Shown: positions 15,832 to 25,283 of the stretch, piece by piece
Layout of the letters: each line of letters begins with the position of its first letter
Position numbering within the stretch: the stretch's first letter is position 1
Virus record (IMG/VR): IMGVR_UViG_2890725172_000001
Location: 46,448-110,447 of that record
DNA length: 64,000 bases
From: a virus
Lineage: Duplodnaviria > Caudoviricetes
Direction: 5' to 3' (one strand)
Notes under the pieces: model-generated
The model's input: only the letters and a program-made list of their open reading frames with translations
The model's database searches: none
What the model was told of the DNA's origin: nothing
Position numbers and translations under genes: made by a program

Positions 15832-17021
15832 TCGGTGCTAGCCCACGCGCGGCTGGCAGGCGGGTAAACGGCCTTCCAGCAGTACGGGAGGAGGTTCTTG
15901 TCGTCGAGGGAGGCGAAAATCCCGGCCTTGTGCGGGTGGTCCTTGATCTCCTCGGCGATCTCGGCTCGGGTCTTTCCGGAGCCGAAGTATCCGGCCTCGA
16001 CATCGTCGATTTCGTCCCAGACGGCGAACATCTGCGCTTGCAGGCTCCTGGCGGTGTCGCACAGCCAGTCGGAGAAGTCCTTCGGCATACTCTGCACGAA
16101 GATCTCCAGCCAGTTGGGGCCGGTCGCGAGAATCCCTGCTGCGCGCTTGGGGTCGATTCCGAGTTTCGATCCCCAGTGCTTGGGGTCGTGGATGATGTGC
16201 TGGCAGGAATTGACGGCCAGATACTCCCAGATGACTCGCGGATTGGTCCGGGTGACAATCCGATGTTTTGCGACGTAGTCCTGCTGCTTGATCTTCACCT
16301 GCTGATTGGAGAAGAGGTCGAGCACGACCACTCCTTCAGCGTTTTGCCGGTCGACGAGCGCGAGGGCGTCAGCGAAGGTGTCGGCCGGAAGTGTGGCGGC
16401 TACAGGTCCGGTCCACTCGGGGATGGCTTCTTGGCTGAAGATCAGGCCGCTGAAGTTGGCGACCGCGCCGAGAAGGATCAGGTCGTCCAGCGCCCCGTAG
16501 TCGACGACGATGCGGTTCTGCGGGTAAACGATTTCCACCAGGACGGTAACCCCGTCCGGAGGCCGGAAAGTCGGGTACTTCTCCCGCAGAACCTTCGTCG
16601 CGTGGATAGCCTGGGCGGAGACGAAGCTGCCTCGGGTGGCGATGTATGTTTCGCCTTCCCAGACATAGATAACGCCTAACGAGCCGTCGAGCTTATCCGT
16701 GACACGCACAGTGTTCGCAGGATGAATGCTCGGGGCGTGCGCCTCGTTGTGGTTGAAGAACTTGGGGAAGGGCCGGGCGATAACTCGACCGGTGTTGTCG
16801 ATGATGAGTCCCCTAGACGCGCGAACCGCCGGGCTCCACGCAGCGTCCTGCACCGCCTTCTCGGTGTAGTTGAAAATGGCCAGAGGAAATTCGGGGTGGT
16901 AGCTGACTCTCACATAGCCTTGGCTGATGGCCTCGACGAGCTCGTCGAGCTTGACGACCTTGTTCTGGTAGGTCTCCAGCAGCTCAGTGACGTGTGCGAG
17001 CTCGGTAATCTGCATGGTCAT
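15828..17021 (-). CDS. T4 Rnl1-like RNA ligase
   Basis: RGLI..IARPFPKFFN, TDKLDGSLG, ATRGSF.S.QA, EIVYPQNRIVVDY, EGVVV, KIK..Y...HR. Confidence 0.92.
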   Translation of the reverse strand: MTMQITELAHVTELLETYQNKVVKLDELVEAISQGYVRVSYHPEFPLAIFNYTEKAVQDAAWSPAVRASRGLIIDNTGRVIARPFPKFFNHNEAHAPSIHPANTVRVTDKLDGSLGVIYVWEGETYIATRGSFVSAQAIHATKVLREKYPTFRPPDGVTVLVEIVYPQNRIVVDYGALDDLILLGAVANFSGLIFSQEAIPEWTGPVAATLPADTFADALALVDRQNAEGVVVLDLFSNQQVKIKQQDYVAKHRIVTRTNPRVIWEYLAVNSCQHIIHDPKHWGSKLGIDPKRAAGILATGPNWLEIFVQSMPKDFSDWLCDTARSLQAQMFAVWDEIDDVEAGYFGSGKTRAEIAEEIKDHPHKAGIFASLDDKNLLPYCWKAVYPPASRAWASTE

Positions 17022-17257
17022 CGCTTGGTGCTCTTCGGGGGGCTGTAGGGGATCGGCTTGGGGTTCGGGTAGGCGGTTCGGGGTCGAGGGGGGATGTATC
17101 GGGTGACGTTCTTACCGGGGTCCGGGATTTTGATCTCGATCTGCACCGGCCGGTTACGCCAGGTCCCCATGTTGTGTATGGCGTTGTAGGCGATCAGGCC
17201 GAAGACGATGAGAACCGCGATGACGATGGTGATTTCCATGAGCTTGATGCGGTTCAT
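17018..17257 (-). CDS. small membrane protein
   Basis: N-terminal TM segment, coupled. Confidence 0.65.
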   Translation of the reverse strand: MNRIKLMEITIVIAVLIVFGLIAYNAIHNMGTWRNRPVQIEIKIPDPGKNVTRYIPPRPRTAYPNPKPIPYSPPKSTKR

Positions 17258-17388
17258 CAGAAGCCCAGGAACAAGCCGATGGTCTGCCCGAGAGCGAAGG
17301 CGAAGAGCCAGAGGCCTATGACGATGAAGACCGCGCCGAGCAGTTTCGGCCAGGAGATGTTGTAAAAGTCGTTGTTGTTCTTACTCAT
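17257..17388 (-). CDS. small membrane protein
   Basis: MSKNNNDF... single TM segment, ATGA overlap with the recA stop. Confidence 0.55.
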   Translation of the reverse strand: MSKNNNDFYNISWPKLLGAVFIVIGLWLFAFALGQTIGLFLGF

Positions 17389-18446
17389 GCGGCGTCTCGC
17401 AGTCGTTCGCTGTCCGGGCGGCTCGCCTCGGCGAGGATCCTTTCCCGGAGTTCTTCTTGGAGGTCGACTTCTTCGCGAAGGCTGGCCAGGAGTTCTTCCT
17501 TGCCCTTCCACTTGCGGTCGCCGTAGCTGTAGATGGAGCCGCCACGGCGGATGATGTCGAAGTGGATCGCGTAAATCATGTACTCCTTCGCCAGGTCGTA
17601 GTCGCCCTGCTGGAAACCCAGGTACGGGGCGTCGGCGAAGTAATAGTCGGTGGTAGCCACCCGCTGCGGCGGAGCGGATTTGTTCTTAACGGTTTTCACC
17701 TTGATGACTTGCCCGACGCGGGTTTTTCCCTTTCCCGGACGCGGTTCGTCGATAAATTCATCGCGGGTGACTTCCACACGGACGTAAAAAGCGTAATTCT
17801 TGGCCTTTCCCCCCGGGGTGATCTGTGGGATCCCTCGGGGGGAGAAGCCGCCGATCTGGTCGCGCCACTGGTTGATAAAGAAGCAGGTAACGGGTCGTTC
17901 GGACCCATCCATGGCGCGCGTCATGTGCGCGCCGACCTTTCTGAAAAACTTTCCTGTGAGCCGGGCCCCGATCGCGACGACGCTTTCCCCGATGCTCTTA
18001 TCGGCCTCTTCGCTTGGTGTGAGCGCCGGATAGGAATCGAGGACGATGCAGTCGACGGACCGGGACCCGGCAAACTCCAGGATGGTGTCGTACGCCATCT
18101 CCATTTCCTGGGTGTTCAACACGATGACGCGTGTGTTGTCGACTCCCAGGGCGGTGGCGTACTCCCAGTCGTAATGCTCGGCGGCGACCCACAGAGTGGT
18201 GAATTCAGGATCGCGCTGTTGATTGGCCGCTACAGTCTTGTAGACAACGGTGGTCTTTCCGTTCGATTCGCGGCCGATAATTTCGATCCACTGGTTGACC
18301 GGCCAGCCGCCGCCGAGCGCTACATCAATGGCGAGGCTTCCACTGGTGATGCGGTCACTGTTGGAGAGGGCTGACGCCGTGATAAGCGCGTCGCGCCCGA
18401 GCCCCTTGTTGACTTTCGCGACTAGCGCGAGTGCATCGGTGTTCAC
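17385..18446 (-). CDS. recA: RecA-family recombinase
   Basis: SGSLAIDVALGGG, GRESNGKTT, FFINQWR, TPGGKA..Y, VKNK.APP. Confidence 0.95.
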   Translation of the reverse strand: MNTDALALVAKVNKGLGRDALITASALSNSDRITSGSLAIDVALGGGWPVNQWIEIIGRESNGKTTVVYKTVAANQQRDPEFTTLWVAAEHYDWEYATALGVDNTRVIVLNTQEMEMAYDTILEFAGSRSVDCIVLDSYPALTPSEEADKSIGESVVAIGARLTGKFFRKVGAHMTRAMDGSERPVTCFFINQWRDQIGGFSPRGIPQITPGGKAKNYAFYVRVEVTRDEFIDEPRPGKGKTRVGQVIKVKTVKNKSAPPQRVATTDYYFADAPYLGFQQGDYDLAKEYMIYAIHFDIIRRGGSIYSYGDRKWKGKEELLASLREEVDLQEELRERILAEASRPDSERLRDAA

Positions 18447-18574
18447 TTACTTCCTCGCCGGTGTTGTTGTCCTTGTGGTGACAACGCTAGGCGGTGCGCA
18501 AGGGGTACTTCCACTGTCGTATCAAATACCTGTTGGGACAAATTTCTGGGCAGGCTTCCGGGGTTGTGAATTGT

Positions 18575-18664
18575 GGGGGTGATGCTGTAATGTCGAACAC
18601 AGCATCACCTCCTCTCGTTCTACGGTGCTAAACCTCCCGAGCTGAGACTAGGCGGCTCGGGAGG
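18575..18664 (+). ncRNA. two-hairpin structured leader/small RNA upstream of tRNA-Pro
   Basis: GGGGGTGATGCTGT/ACAGCATCACCTCC and CCTCCCGAGCTG/CGGCTCGGGAGG stems, both with G-U pairs on the + strand. Confidence 0.4.
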
Positions 18665-18669
18665 ACCAT

Positions 18670-18746
18670 CCGGGTGTAGCGTAATTTGGTTGAGCGCGCC
18701 TGCTTTGGGAGCAGGAGATTTGCAGGTTCAAATCCTGCCGTCCGGA
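18670..18746 (+). tRNA. tRNA-Pro(TGG)
   Basis: CCGGGTG/CGTCCGG acceptor, CCTGC-TTTGGGA-GCAGG arm, A73. Confidence 0.92.
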
Positions 18747-18749
18747 CGG

Positions 18750-18779
18750 GAAGCCCCCGTGCAATTGCACGGGGGCTTC
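18750..18779. terminator. terminator between convergent tRNA-Pro and nrdJ
   Basis: GAAGCCCCCGTGCAA/TTGCACGGGGGCTTC palindrome. Confidence 0.8.
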
Positions 18780-18791
18780 ATCTATTTCCGG

Positions 18792-20726
18792 TCAGATTTC
18801 GCATCCGGCGGCGGTGCACGCCAATGTCTGCGCTCCCTCTGTCTGGTCGGTGAGCTCGTAGAAGGTCAGGTCCTCCCAGCGCACCTCTGGCATGGCGGCT
18901 AGCGCCTCTTCGTACATGTCCTGTGTGCACTCGGTGTACGGGGCCTGCTTATAGACGTGGTCGCTGTAGGGCAGGAAGGCCACGCCGCTCAGCGAGTCGA
19001 GGTGCTCCCAGACCCATTCCTTGACGTCGTCCCACTCCTTGTCGCGGATGCTGACGGTCACGGACGGCTTGTGCTCGCACCAGTGGTTCTGAAGGTCGAG
19101 CCACAGGTCCAGGTGTTCGATCGCGGTCAGGTCCTCCCGGGTGATGGCGCCCTTGGGAGCGGCGATCGGGAAGTAGAAGACCTGGTTGGTGTCGCTGGTG
19201 ACGTCCGGCTCGTTGGGGACGCCGGAGTCGATCATGAGGCGGGTCAGCGGGTCCTTGCTGTCCTGGCGGATCGCGCGGATGTAGTAGGGCGAGTGCCGGG
19301 GGTGCATGCCGGAGGCCGAGTCGACGAGCTGACTGGAAGTTCCCTCCGGCTTGACCGTGGTCACGGCGGCGCTGGCGTTGATGCCGAGTTTCTCGGCCAT
19401 GCGCTCGTTGGTGGCGACGGCGACCTCCCGCAACCACTCCTGAGCGTCCTCGCGGAGCATGCCCGCCGGGTCATGTCCCGTCAGGATGGCGTTGTCGTAG
19501 ATTCCGTTGAGGCTGACGCCGAGGAGTCGTTCCTGTTCGCCGTTCTGGCGCCAGCGGTCCCGGAGCAGAGGGAAGTCAGTGAGTGTGCTCTGCCAGGTAC
19601 CAAGAATGGTGGCGAGACGAACCTTCCGGCCGAGATCCAAAAGTGAATCTCCAGGTCGGGCGATAACCGATGTCAGGTTACAGAATTCGTATTTGCGCAG
19701 AATGATTTCGTTACATGGATTACTTCCGTATTCCATGTCCAATTCTCGCCTGCCGCTATTCATAGCCTGGCGCCGGGCGGCGTCGCGGTTGAAGATGCCG
19801 CGCTCACCGCTGCCTGACAGGTAAAGATTGCCCCACTCGACGTCGAACGCTTCGCGGGTGGTTCCGTCGTGGTAGACCGCGCTGATGTTGGCCAGGGCGC
19901 GGTGCGGGTGAGTCCGCCACCAGTCGCCTGACTTTGCGAGGGACATCTCATAGTCGTCGAGGTCGGACAGCGAAATCATCGCGCTGCGTCGGACACCACC
20001 GACGACGACGACCGAGGCGACCTTGCAGACGAGGTCATGCACCTCGACGGTCGTGAGCCTGCGGCCCTGGGCTGTCTTGGCGAGGTCGACGGTGTAGCTG
20101 AACAGCTCGTTGAGCGGGCCGGGGCCGGAGGCGCGTCCGCCGAAGGTCTTCAACCGGCTCCCGGCCGGGCGGATGGCCGACAGATCCCAGTCGGGGATCA
20201 CCCCGTGATCGAAGATGTCGTGCAGCAGCGTCTTGTAGGCCAGGGCCCAACCCTCCTTGGAGTCGACGACTCCAATCATCCGGGCGTGGGGCTGGATAAG
20301 CCGGGGAGGCACCATGGGGAGCTTTTCGACGTAGCGCTTTTCGACGCTGTAGCCGAATCCGGTCCCATTCATGAGGATGTAGAGCGCCTCCCACAACGTG
20401 TCTACATCCTCAATAGGTGCGTAGGCGCAATTGTAGGCCGCGATATTACTGCGTTCGAGGGCGGGTCCGGCGGTCATCAGAGCGCGCATGGAGGGGAGGA
20501 CTTCGTGTTCACGGATCGCGTGTTCGATTTGAGCGCCGAGTTCGGGATCGATGTGGTAGTCGAAGTTCTCCAACAGGTGGTTGTACATGAAGTCCATGTA
20601 CCGGCTGACGGTTTCCCCCCACGTCTCGCGCCGATTTTCCGCGTCCAACCAGCGGGCGTAGCGGGAGAGCGCGATGAAATTGCGATACGGATCCTTGATG
20701 GATCCTTCGGGGGTCAAGATCGACAC
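18792..20726 (-). CDS. nrdJ: class II (adenosylcobalamin-dependent) ribonucleotide reductase
   Basis: PSMRALMTAG, YNCAY, VGGVRRSAMISL, GSNPCNEI, TVKPEGT, C-terminal LACTAAGCEI; no beta-subunit gene nearby. Confidence 0.93.
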   Translation of the reverse strand: MSILTPEGSIKDPYRNFIALSRYARWLDAENRRETWGETVSRYMDFMYNHLLENFDYHIDPELGAQIEHAIREHEVLPSMRALMTAGPALERSNIAAYNCAYAPIEDVDTLWEALYILMNGTGFGYSVEKRYVEKLPMVPPRLIQPHARMIGVVDSKEGWALAYKTLLHDIFDHGVIPDWDLSAIRPAGSRLKTFGGRASGPGPLNELFSYTVDLAKTAQGRRLTTVEVHDLVCKVASVVVVGGVRRSAMISLSDLDDYEMSLAKSGDWWRTHPHRALANISAVYHDGTTREAFDVEWGNLYLSGSGERGIFNRDAARRQAMNSGRRELDMEYGSNPCNEIILRKYEFCNLTSVIARPGDSLLDLGRKVRLATILGTWQSTLTDFPLLRDRWRQNGEQERLLGVSLNGIYDNAILTGHDPAGMLREDAQEWLREVAVATNERMAEKLGINASAAVTTVKPEGTSSQLVDSASGMHPRHSPYYIRAIRQDSKDPLTRLMIDSGVPNEPDVTSDTNQVFYFPIAAPKGAITREDLTAIEHLDLWLDLQNHWCEHKPSVTVSIRDKEWDDVKEWVWEHLDSLSGVAFLPYSDHVYKQAPYTECTQDMYEEALAAMPEVRWEDLTFYELTDQTEGAQTLACTAAGCEI

Positions 20727-20754
20727 AAGCTGGGGCTTTCTTTATATGGAGGTG

Positions 20755-21165
20755 CTAGAGCTTTTCTTGGATGGCCCAGGAGAATTCGCGCTGACCATGT
20801 GCCGTCTGGCGGGCGGCCAGGGGCTTTTCTGAGGTCACGACGGATCCCAGTGGCTGGAGAGTGGCGGCACGTGCCTCGGTGTATCCGCACTGGTAGCAGC
20901 GGGGGACGACGTCTTTCCTGGCCGAGAAATAGTCGGAGCCGCCGCAGGATGGGCAGTGACCTGTCGTCTGGCGCAGGCTCTCGGCCGACCGTGGCTGAGC
21001 GGTCGCCCCGTAGGGGGCTTGATGCTGCTGCGGGGGTTCTGGCTGCGCAGGTGGCGGGGGATCCTGCCACCACTGGTTTCCGTACTGCGGTGGTGGCTGG
21101 GGCGGTGCTACGAGGCCTGGACGAATGCCTTGGCGCTGTGCGAGCTGCCTTGCGTAAAAACTCAC
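20755..21165 (-). CDS. Pro/Gln-rich protein with Zn ribbon
   Basis: CPSCGG...RCYQCGY. Confidence 0.7.
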   Translation of the reverse strand: MSFYARQLAQRQGIRPGLVAPPQPPPQYGNQWWQDPPPPAQPEPPQQHQAPYGATAQPRSAESLRQTTGHCPSCGGSDYFSARKDVVPRCYQCGYTEARAATLQPLGSVVTSEKPLAARQTAHGQREFSWAIQEKL

Positions 21166-21581
21166 CAGGGCGTCAACCCTTCTGAATCGAGGTAGTCGTA
21201 GGTGTTCTGCGCGTGAATAGCGGCTGCACCGGCGAAGATTGCGGCAGCCGTTTGCTCGGTCATTTGAGCGGCGACTTCCGGAGGAATGGATGCCGCTTCG
21301 TTGGCCGGTGAATTCAGGATAACTGCGGCGCAGATTTGGGCTGCAATTTGCGAGAGAGCCATGAGGTGCTCTTCGGTCTTCTTGATGTAGAGCCGCCGGA
21401 AACGGGACTGTTCTTCGGCGAGGTCGCGGCCTTCTTCGCTGGGTGGCGTCATTCCCAGGGCCGAGTAAATCGCTGGGATGCGCTCGGGGACGCCGAAGGT
21501 GTGCGCCATGTCGTAAATCATCCGGCTCGCGTACGCGGTGTAGATGATCTGCGGGTCCTGCTCTTCGATCTCGTTATGCAC
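21162..21581 (-). CDS. hypothetical protein
   Basis: Coupled ORF. Confidence 0.7.
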   Translation of the reverse strand: MHNEIEEQDPQIIYTAYASRMIYDMAHTFGVPERIPAIYSALGMTPPSEEGRDLAEEQSRFRRLYIKKTEEHLMALSQIAAQICAAVILNSPANEAASIPPEVAAQMTEQTAAAIFAGAAAIHAQNTYDYLDSEGLTPW

Positions 21582-23561
21582 TTACTTGGCTTCATTCCAG
21601 GATTGGACGATGTGAATGTCGACGGTGAGAGGGACACTGATCCGCTCTTGGATGCCGGGGCCGATCATGGCGTCGCGCAGCAGCTCGGCGACCATGTCGG
21701 CGACCTCGTCGCGGGCCTCGATTACCAGCTCGTCGTGGATGGTGAGGATGAGGCGGGCGGAGTCGTCCAGGCCGCGCTCGCGCAGGGCGCGACGGATGCG
21801 GATCATGGCGAGCTTGATGAGGTCGGCCGCGCTGCCTTGGATGAGGCTGTTGACGGCCTGGCGCTCGGCGCGGGAGCGGTATTCGCTGTCGTAGGAGTTG
21901 AGATCGCGTAGACGGCGCTTGCGGCCGATCAGGGTCCGGATGAAGGGGACGGGGCCCCGGCTGCGAGCGACCTTGAGGATCTTGGCCTTGAGCTTGTGGA
22001 CCTCGGGGAACTGCTGACCATGCTCGGCGAGCATTTGCTTGGCGAAGGTCAGAGAGATGCCCGCCTGGGTGGCGACGGTCTTGGGGCCCGCTCCGAAAAC
22101 GATCGCGAAGTTGATCGTTTTGCCGATGGTTCTCTGTTCTTTGGTGACCTGGTCGAGCGGAACGCCGAAGATGGCGGCGGCGGTGATCGTGTGCGGATCG
22201 TGGCCTTCGTGGAAGCCTTCGAAGAGTTTGCCGCCTCCGGCGAAGTGCGCCAGCACGACCAACTCAATTTGGCCGAGGTCGCCCACCACGAGCTTCCAGC
22301 CGTCCGGCGCGGTGTAGATTCCTCGGATCTTCTTGCCGGATTCGCTGCGGGTGGGGATGTTCTGAAGGTTGGGGCCGTAGCTGCTCCACCGGCCGGTGAC
22401 GGTGCCGTGGGGGTCGAGCGTGGTGTAGACGCGGGGGCCGGTCTCCGACTCAAAGATGATGCAAGGCTTCTTCGGGTCGTCCTCGATCCCGAGGTAGCCG
22501 TCCACGTAGGTGGACAGGAGTTTGACCGACTCCTGGTAGCGGAGGATGGCCTGGGCGACCTTGTTGCTCGGGTATTCCTTGAGCGTGTCGGCGTCGGTGC
22601 TGTAGTCGGTGATCAGCAGCGGTTCGCCGCGTTTGGCCTTCTTCTCGCCGCCGTCCGTCAACTTCTTAGGTCTCAGGCCCTGGCAGCCCTCGGCCTTGGG
22701 ACCGAAAAGGATGTTGGCCTTCTGCTGGCTGCTGCCGACGTTGAACAGTTGCCCGGCGGCGGCGTAGACGGCGGCCTCACGCTCTTCCACCTCAATGGCC
22801 AGGTCGACGCGCAGCTGCTGGAGCCAGGGCACCAGGACGGGTGCTCCATGGCTGAGCATGTCGATGATGACCTGCTCAAGCAGGTCGTTCTCCATGCGCT
22901 GGGCGTCGTCGAGGCGTTCGTGGGCGATGGCGTCTCGCCAGCGCCGGTACAGCAGCCAGGTGAACTTGGAGTCCAGGCGGGCGTACTCGGCGACCTTGGA
23001 GAAGGGGAACTTCTCCACGCACTTACCGACGCCTTCCTTGTCGTAGTCGACGCGGTAGACGCGCTTGGTGGTGGGTTTGAGGCCGGTGCGCTCGTTCTCG
23101 TCGAGCAGCCAGGCGATCTGCCTGGTGTCGGCGTACGGCGGTGCTGCCGGGGCGGGCAGGTACTTCGCGGTTGAGATGACGTCGAAGGGGAGGTTGTGCG
23201 CGACCTTGGTGTGGTCGGGGCTGTTGAACAGGGGCCAGAGCTTCTCGAAAACCACGTGTCGGCGGAGCTGCGGTGGCGGAGGTTCCCAGATGGGGTGGCG
23301 GTAGTGACGGGTCTTACCGTCTTTGCCGACCTTGGGGATCTTCTCTTCGCCGATGATCTTGTCGCCGATGGGGTGGCCCATGGGGATCGCGACGGCCATG
23401 CCGTGGCTGGCCAGTGATAGCCAGGTCACCTCGTTCTGGGTGGGCACGCCTCGGTGGTCGCCTGTGGTTTCGACATCGAAGGCGAAGGCGTCTTGCCGCT
23501 TCAGATAGGAGACGACGTCGTCGAGCTGGCCCTCCGTCAGAATCGTGGAGGAGGGGAACAC
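21582..23561 (-). CDS. polA: family A DNA polymerase with 3'-5' exonuclease domain
   Basis: AFDVETTG, HNLPFD, YARLD; TGRWSSYGPNLQNIP, DLGQIELVVLAH, R..GKTINF.IVFG, IQGSAAD, IHDEL; start placed at GTG 23561, downstream of the hairpin. Confidence 0.95.
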   Translation of the reverse strand: MFPSSTILTEGQLDDVVSYLKRQDAFAFDVETTGDHRGVPTQNEVTWLSLASHGMAVAIPMGHPIGDKIIGEEKIPKVGKDGKTRHYRHPIWEPPPPQLRRHVVFEKLWPLFNSPDHTKVAHNLPFDVISTAKYLPAPAAPPYADTRQIAWLLDENERTGLKPTTKRVYRVDYDKEGVGKCVEKFPFSKVAEYARLDSKFTWLLYRRWRDAIAHERLDDAQRMENDLLEQVIIDMLSHGAPVLVPWLQQLRVDLAIEVEEREAAVYAAAGQLFNVGSSQQKANILFGPKAEGCQGLRPKKLTDGGEKKAKRGEPLLITDYSTDADTLKEYPSNKVAQAILRYQESVKLLSTYVDGYLGIEDDPKKPCIIFESETGPRVYTTLDPHGTVTGRWSSYGPNLQNIPTRSESGKKIRGIYTAPDGWKLVVGDLGQIELVVLAHFAGGGKLFEGFHEGHDPHTITAAAIFGVPLDQVTKEQRTIGKTINFAIVFGAGPKTVATQAGISLTFAKQMLAEHGQQFPEVHKLKAKILKVARSRGPVPFIRTLIGRKRRLRDLNSYDSEYRSRAERQAVNSLIQGSAADLIKLAMIRIRRALRERGLDDSARLILTIHDELVIEARDEVADMVAELLRDAMIGPGIQERISVPLTVDIHIVQSWNEAK

Positions 23562-23578
23562 GTGATCTCTTGTGACGT

Positions 23579-23629
23579 GAGCCCCGGTCACGGGGCGGGG
23601 GGCAGGACCCGTGACCGGGGCTCGTTTTT
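23579..23629. terminator. intrinsic terminator-like hairpin
   Basis: 16-bp stem GAGCCCCGGTCACGGG/CCCGTGACCGGGGCTC followed by a T-run. Confidence 0.75.
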
Positions 23630-23640
23630 CCGGAGGTGGT

Positions 23641-24540
23641 CTAGGCGGCGCGGCGGCGAGCGCGGGGGGAGGTCAGCTCGTCGACGATCTCCTGGAGCGT
23701 GTCGTGGTCGTCGACCGTGACGCAGGACTCGTCGTAGAGGTTCTCCAGCAGCTCGGCGTACTGCTCGGCCGTGATCTCCTCGTACACCTGCTCGTCATCG
23801 AAGTCCGCCAGGGCGTCTCGCGAGACAGGGCTCAGGTTGAAGGTGTAGTCATCTCGGCCGCCGACCTTCTTGACGTGGCGGGAGACCGCCCAGTACAGGA
23901 CGGGGACGCCGTCACGGTTCTTGTTGATCGGGCTGGTGCGGGACTGCTCGCTCCACGACAGAATGATGTCGAACAGCTTCTGTCCGATCTCCAGCCGCTT
24001 GACCTCAGGCTCGCCGCCCGGTGTCAGCAAGGCGACGTTGAAGAACGCCTTGAACGCCGGACGCGGGTGGTACTTGCGGCCTTCGGGGAGCGGCTTGCTT
24101 TCCTCGTAGGCGCACAACGGGCACTCGTCCTCGGCCGTGAGGCAGACGTAGGACTTCCGGCCTTCCTTCTCCTGAAGGAAGTGCTGCCGGAAGGCCACGA
24201 AGCAGTCGCTCTCCAAGAACGCGATCACCTGCTCTTCGGGGCCGAGGGTGATGCGCTCGGCGTCGAAGTCCCGGCCGCCGGAGTTGCCGACACCTTCGGA
24301 GACGGCTTTGAGGCCACCGCCATCGGTGCGGTGCCGGGACAGCAAGGTGTTGGAGCTGTTGGTGCGGGTGGCACGGCCGGAGGGACGGCGCTGGGGGATC
24401 TCGTCCTCGACGGCGTCTTCCTCATCGGGGACGACGCTGAGGCGGCGCGTGGTGGGGGCGGCAAAGTCGTCTTCGAACTCCTCATCCTCGCGGGTCTCGG
24501 GGTTCACCGGGCGCTCACGCCGGGCGATGGTACGGGTCAT
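23641..24540 (-). CDS. putative gp32-like ssDNA-binding protein
   Basis: H..K.YVC...CPLC Zn site, acidic termini, located next to the polymerase. Confidence 0.7.
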   Translation of the reverse strand: MTRTIARRERPVNPETREDEEFEDDFAAPTTRRLSVVPDEEDAVEDEIPQRRPSGRATRTNSSNTLLSRHRTDGGGLKAVSEGVGNSGGRDFDAERITLGPEEQVIAFLESDCFVAFRQHFLQEKEGRKSYVCLTAEDECPLCAYEESKPLPEGRKYHPRPAFKAFFNVALLTPGGEPEVKRLEIGQKLFDIILSWSEQSRTSPINKNRDGVPVLYWAVSRHVKKVGGRDDYTFNLSPVSRDALADFDDEQVYEEITAEQYAELLENLYDESCVTVDDHDTLQEIVDELTSPRARRRAA

Positions 24541-24788
24541 GCAGGTGGTGCTCCTGTAACAGTGATTCTGTGGACGACGGAATACGAGGGTGCGATTCTT
24601 CGCAGCTCGGCGATGTCGAGGCTGAGGACGCGGCGGACCACTTCACGGGCCTGCTGAAGGAGGAGTTCGGGTGCGTAGTCGCCGGTGTCGCCGAAGTCCT
24701 CATCGGTGAAGGTGGCGGAGGCCGCGATCTCGACCTTCTCCACCCCGCCGAAGTCGACGATGACCTTGCGGGCGTAGTTGACCTCCAT
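24537..24788 (-). CDS. hypothetical protein
   Basis: Coupled ORF. Confidence 0.65.
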   Translation of the reverse strand: MEVNYARKVIVDFGGVEKVEIAASATFTDEDFGDTGDYAPELLLQQAREVVRRVLSLDIAELRRIAPSYSVVHRITVTGAPPA

Positions 24789-25282
24789 CAGGCAGCCTGG
24801 CCCGTCAGGTCGACGTCGCCGCTCTGGTTGATCAGCAGCTGGTCGAACAGCTCCTTGGCCCGCTCGCGGAAGCGAGTCTTGTAAATGGGGATGCCGTACT
24901 GAATGAGGATCTTCTCCTCGCGGGCCAGGTTGACCAGGCCGAGGATCATCTCCTCGGAATACAGCCGGATGGCGCCGAGCCGCTTTTCGTGCTTGAGGGT
25001 GTACGGGGTCTTGGGGATGTATCCGAGGCGTTCCAGCTTGCGCATGGTGACGCTCTCGCGGCCGAGCATGCTGGCCAGGACGCCGATCCGGTACAGCACC
25101 AGGGGGCGGCCGTTGACCATGTAGGTGTGGTCTTCAAGGACCATGCGGCTCTTGATCTCGTCCATGCGGACTTGATCGAACCGAGGTTCGAACAGCCGGA
25201 CGTCGTCAGAGTTCAGCTTGTTCAGCCGTTCGCGACGTTCAACGACCGGAACGCCTGCCACGTCGTGACTGATCTTGGTCAA
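24788..25282 (-). CDS. MerR-like HTH DNA-binding protein
   Basis: YRIGVLASMLGRESVTMRKLE..G.IP...RLYSEE. Confidence 0.8.
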   Translation of the reverse strand: MTKISHDVAGVPVVERRERLNKLNSDDVRLFEPRFDQVRMDEIKSRMVLEDHTYMVNGRPLVLYRIGVLASMLGRESVTMRKLERLGYIPKTPYTLKHEKRLGAIRLYSEEMILGLVNLAREEKILIQYGIPIYKTRFRERAKELFDQLLINQSGDVDLTGQAA

Positions 25283-25283
25283 G

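Noticed and set aside
18670-18746. tRNA-Pro as an att site or prophage boundary
   Set aside because: Phage genes continue on both sides; no integrase or duplicated tRNA 3' end is seen in the window
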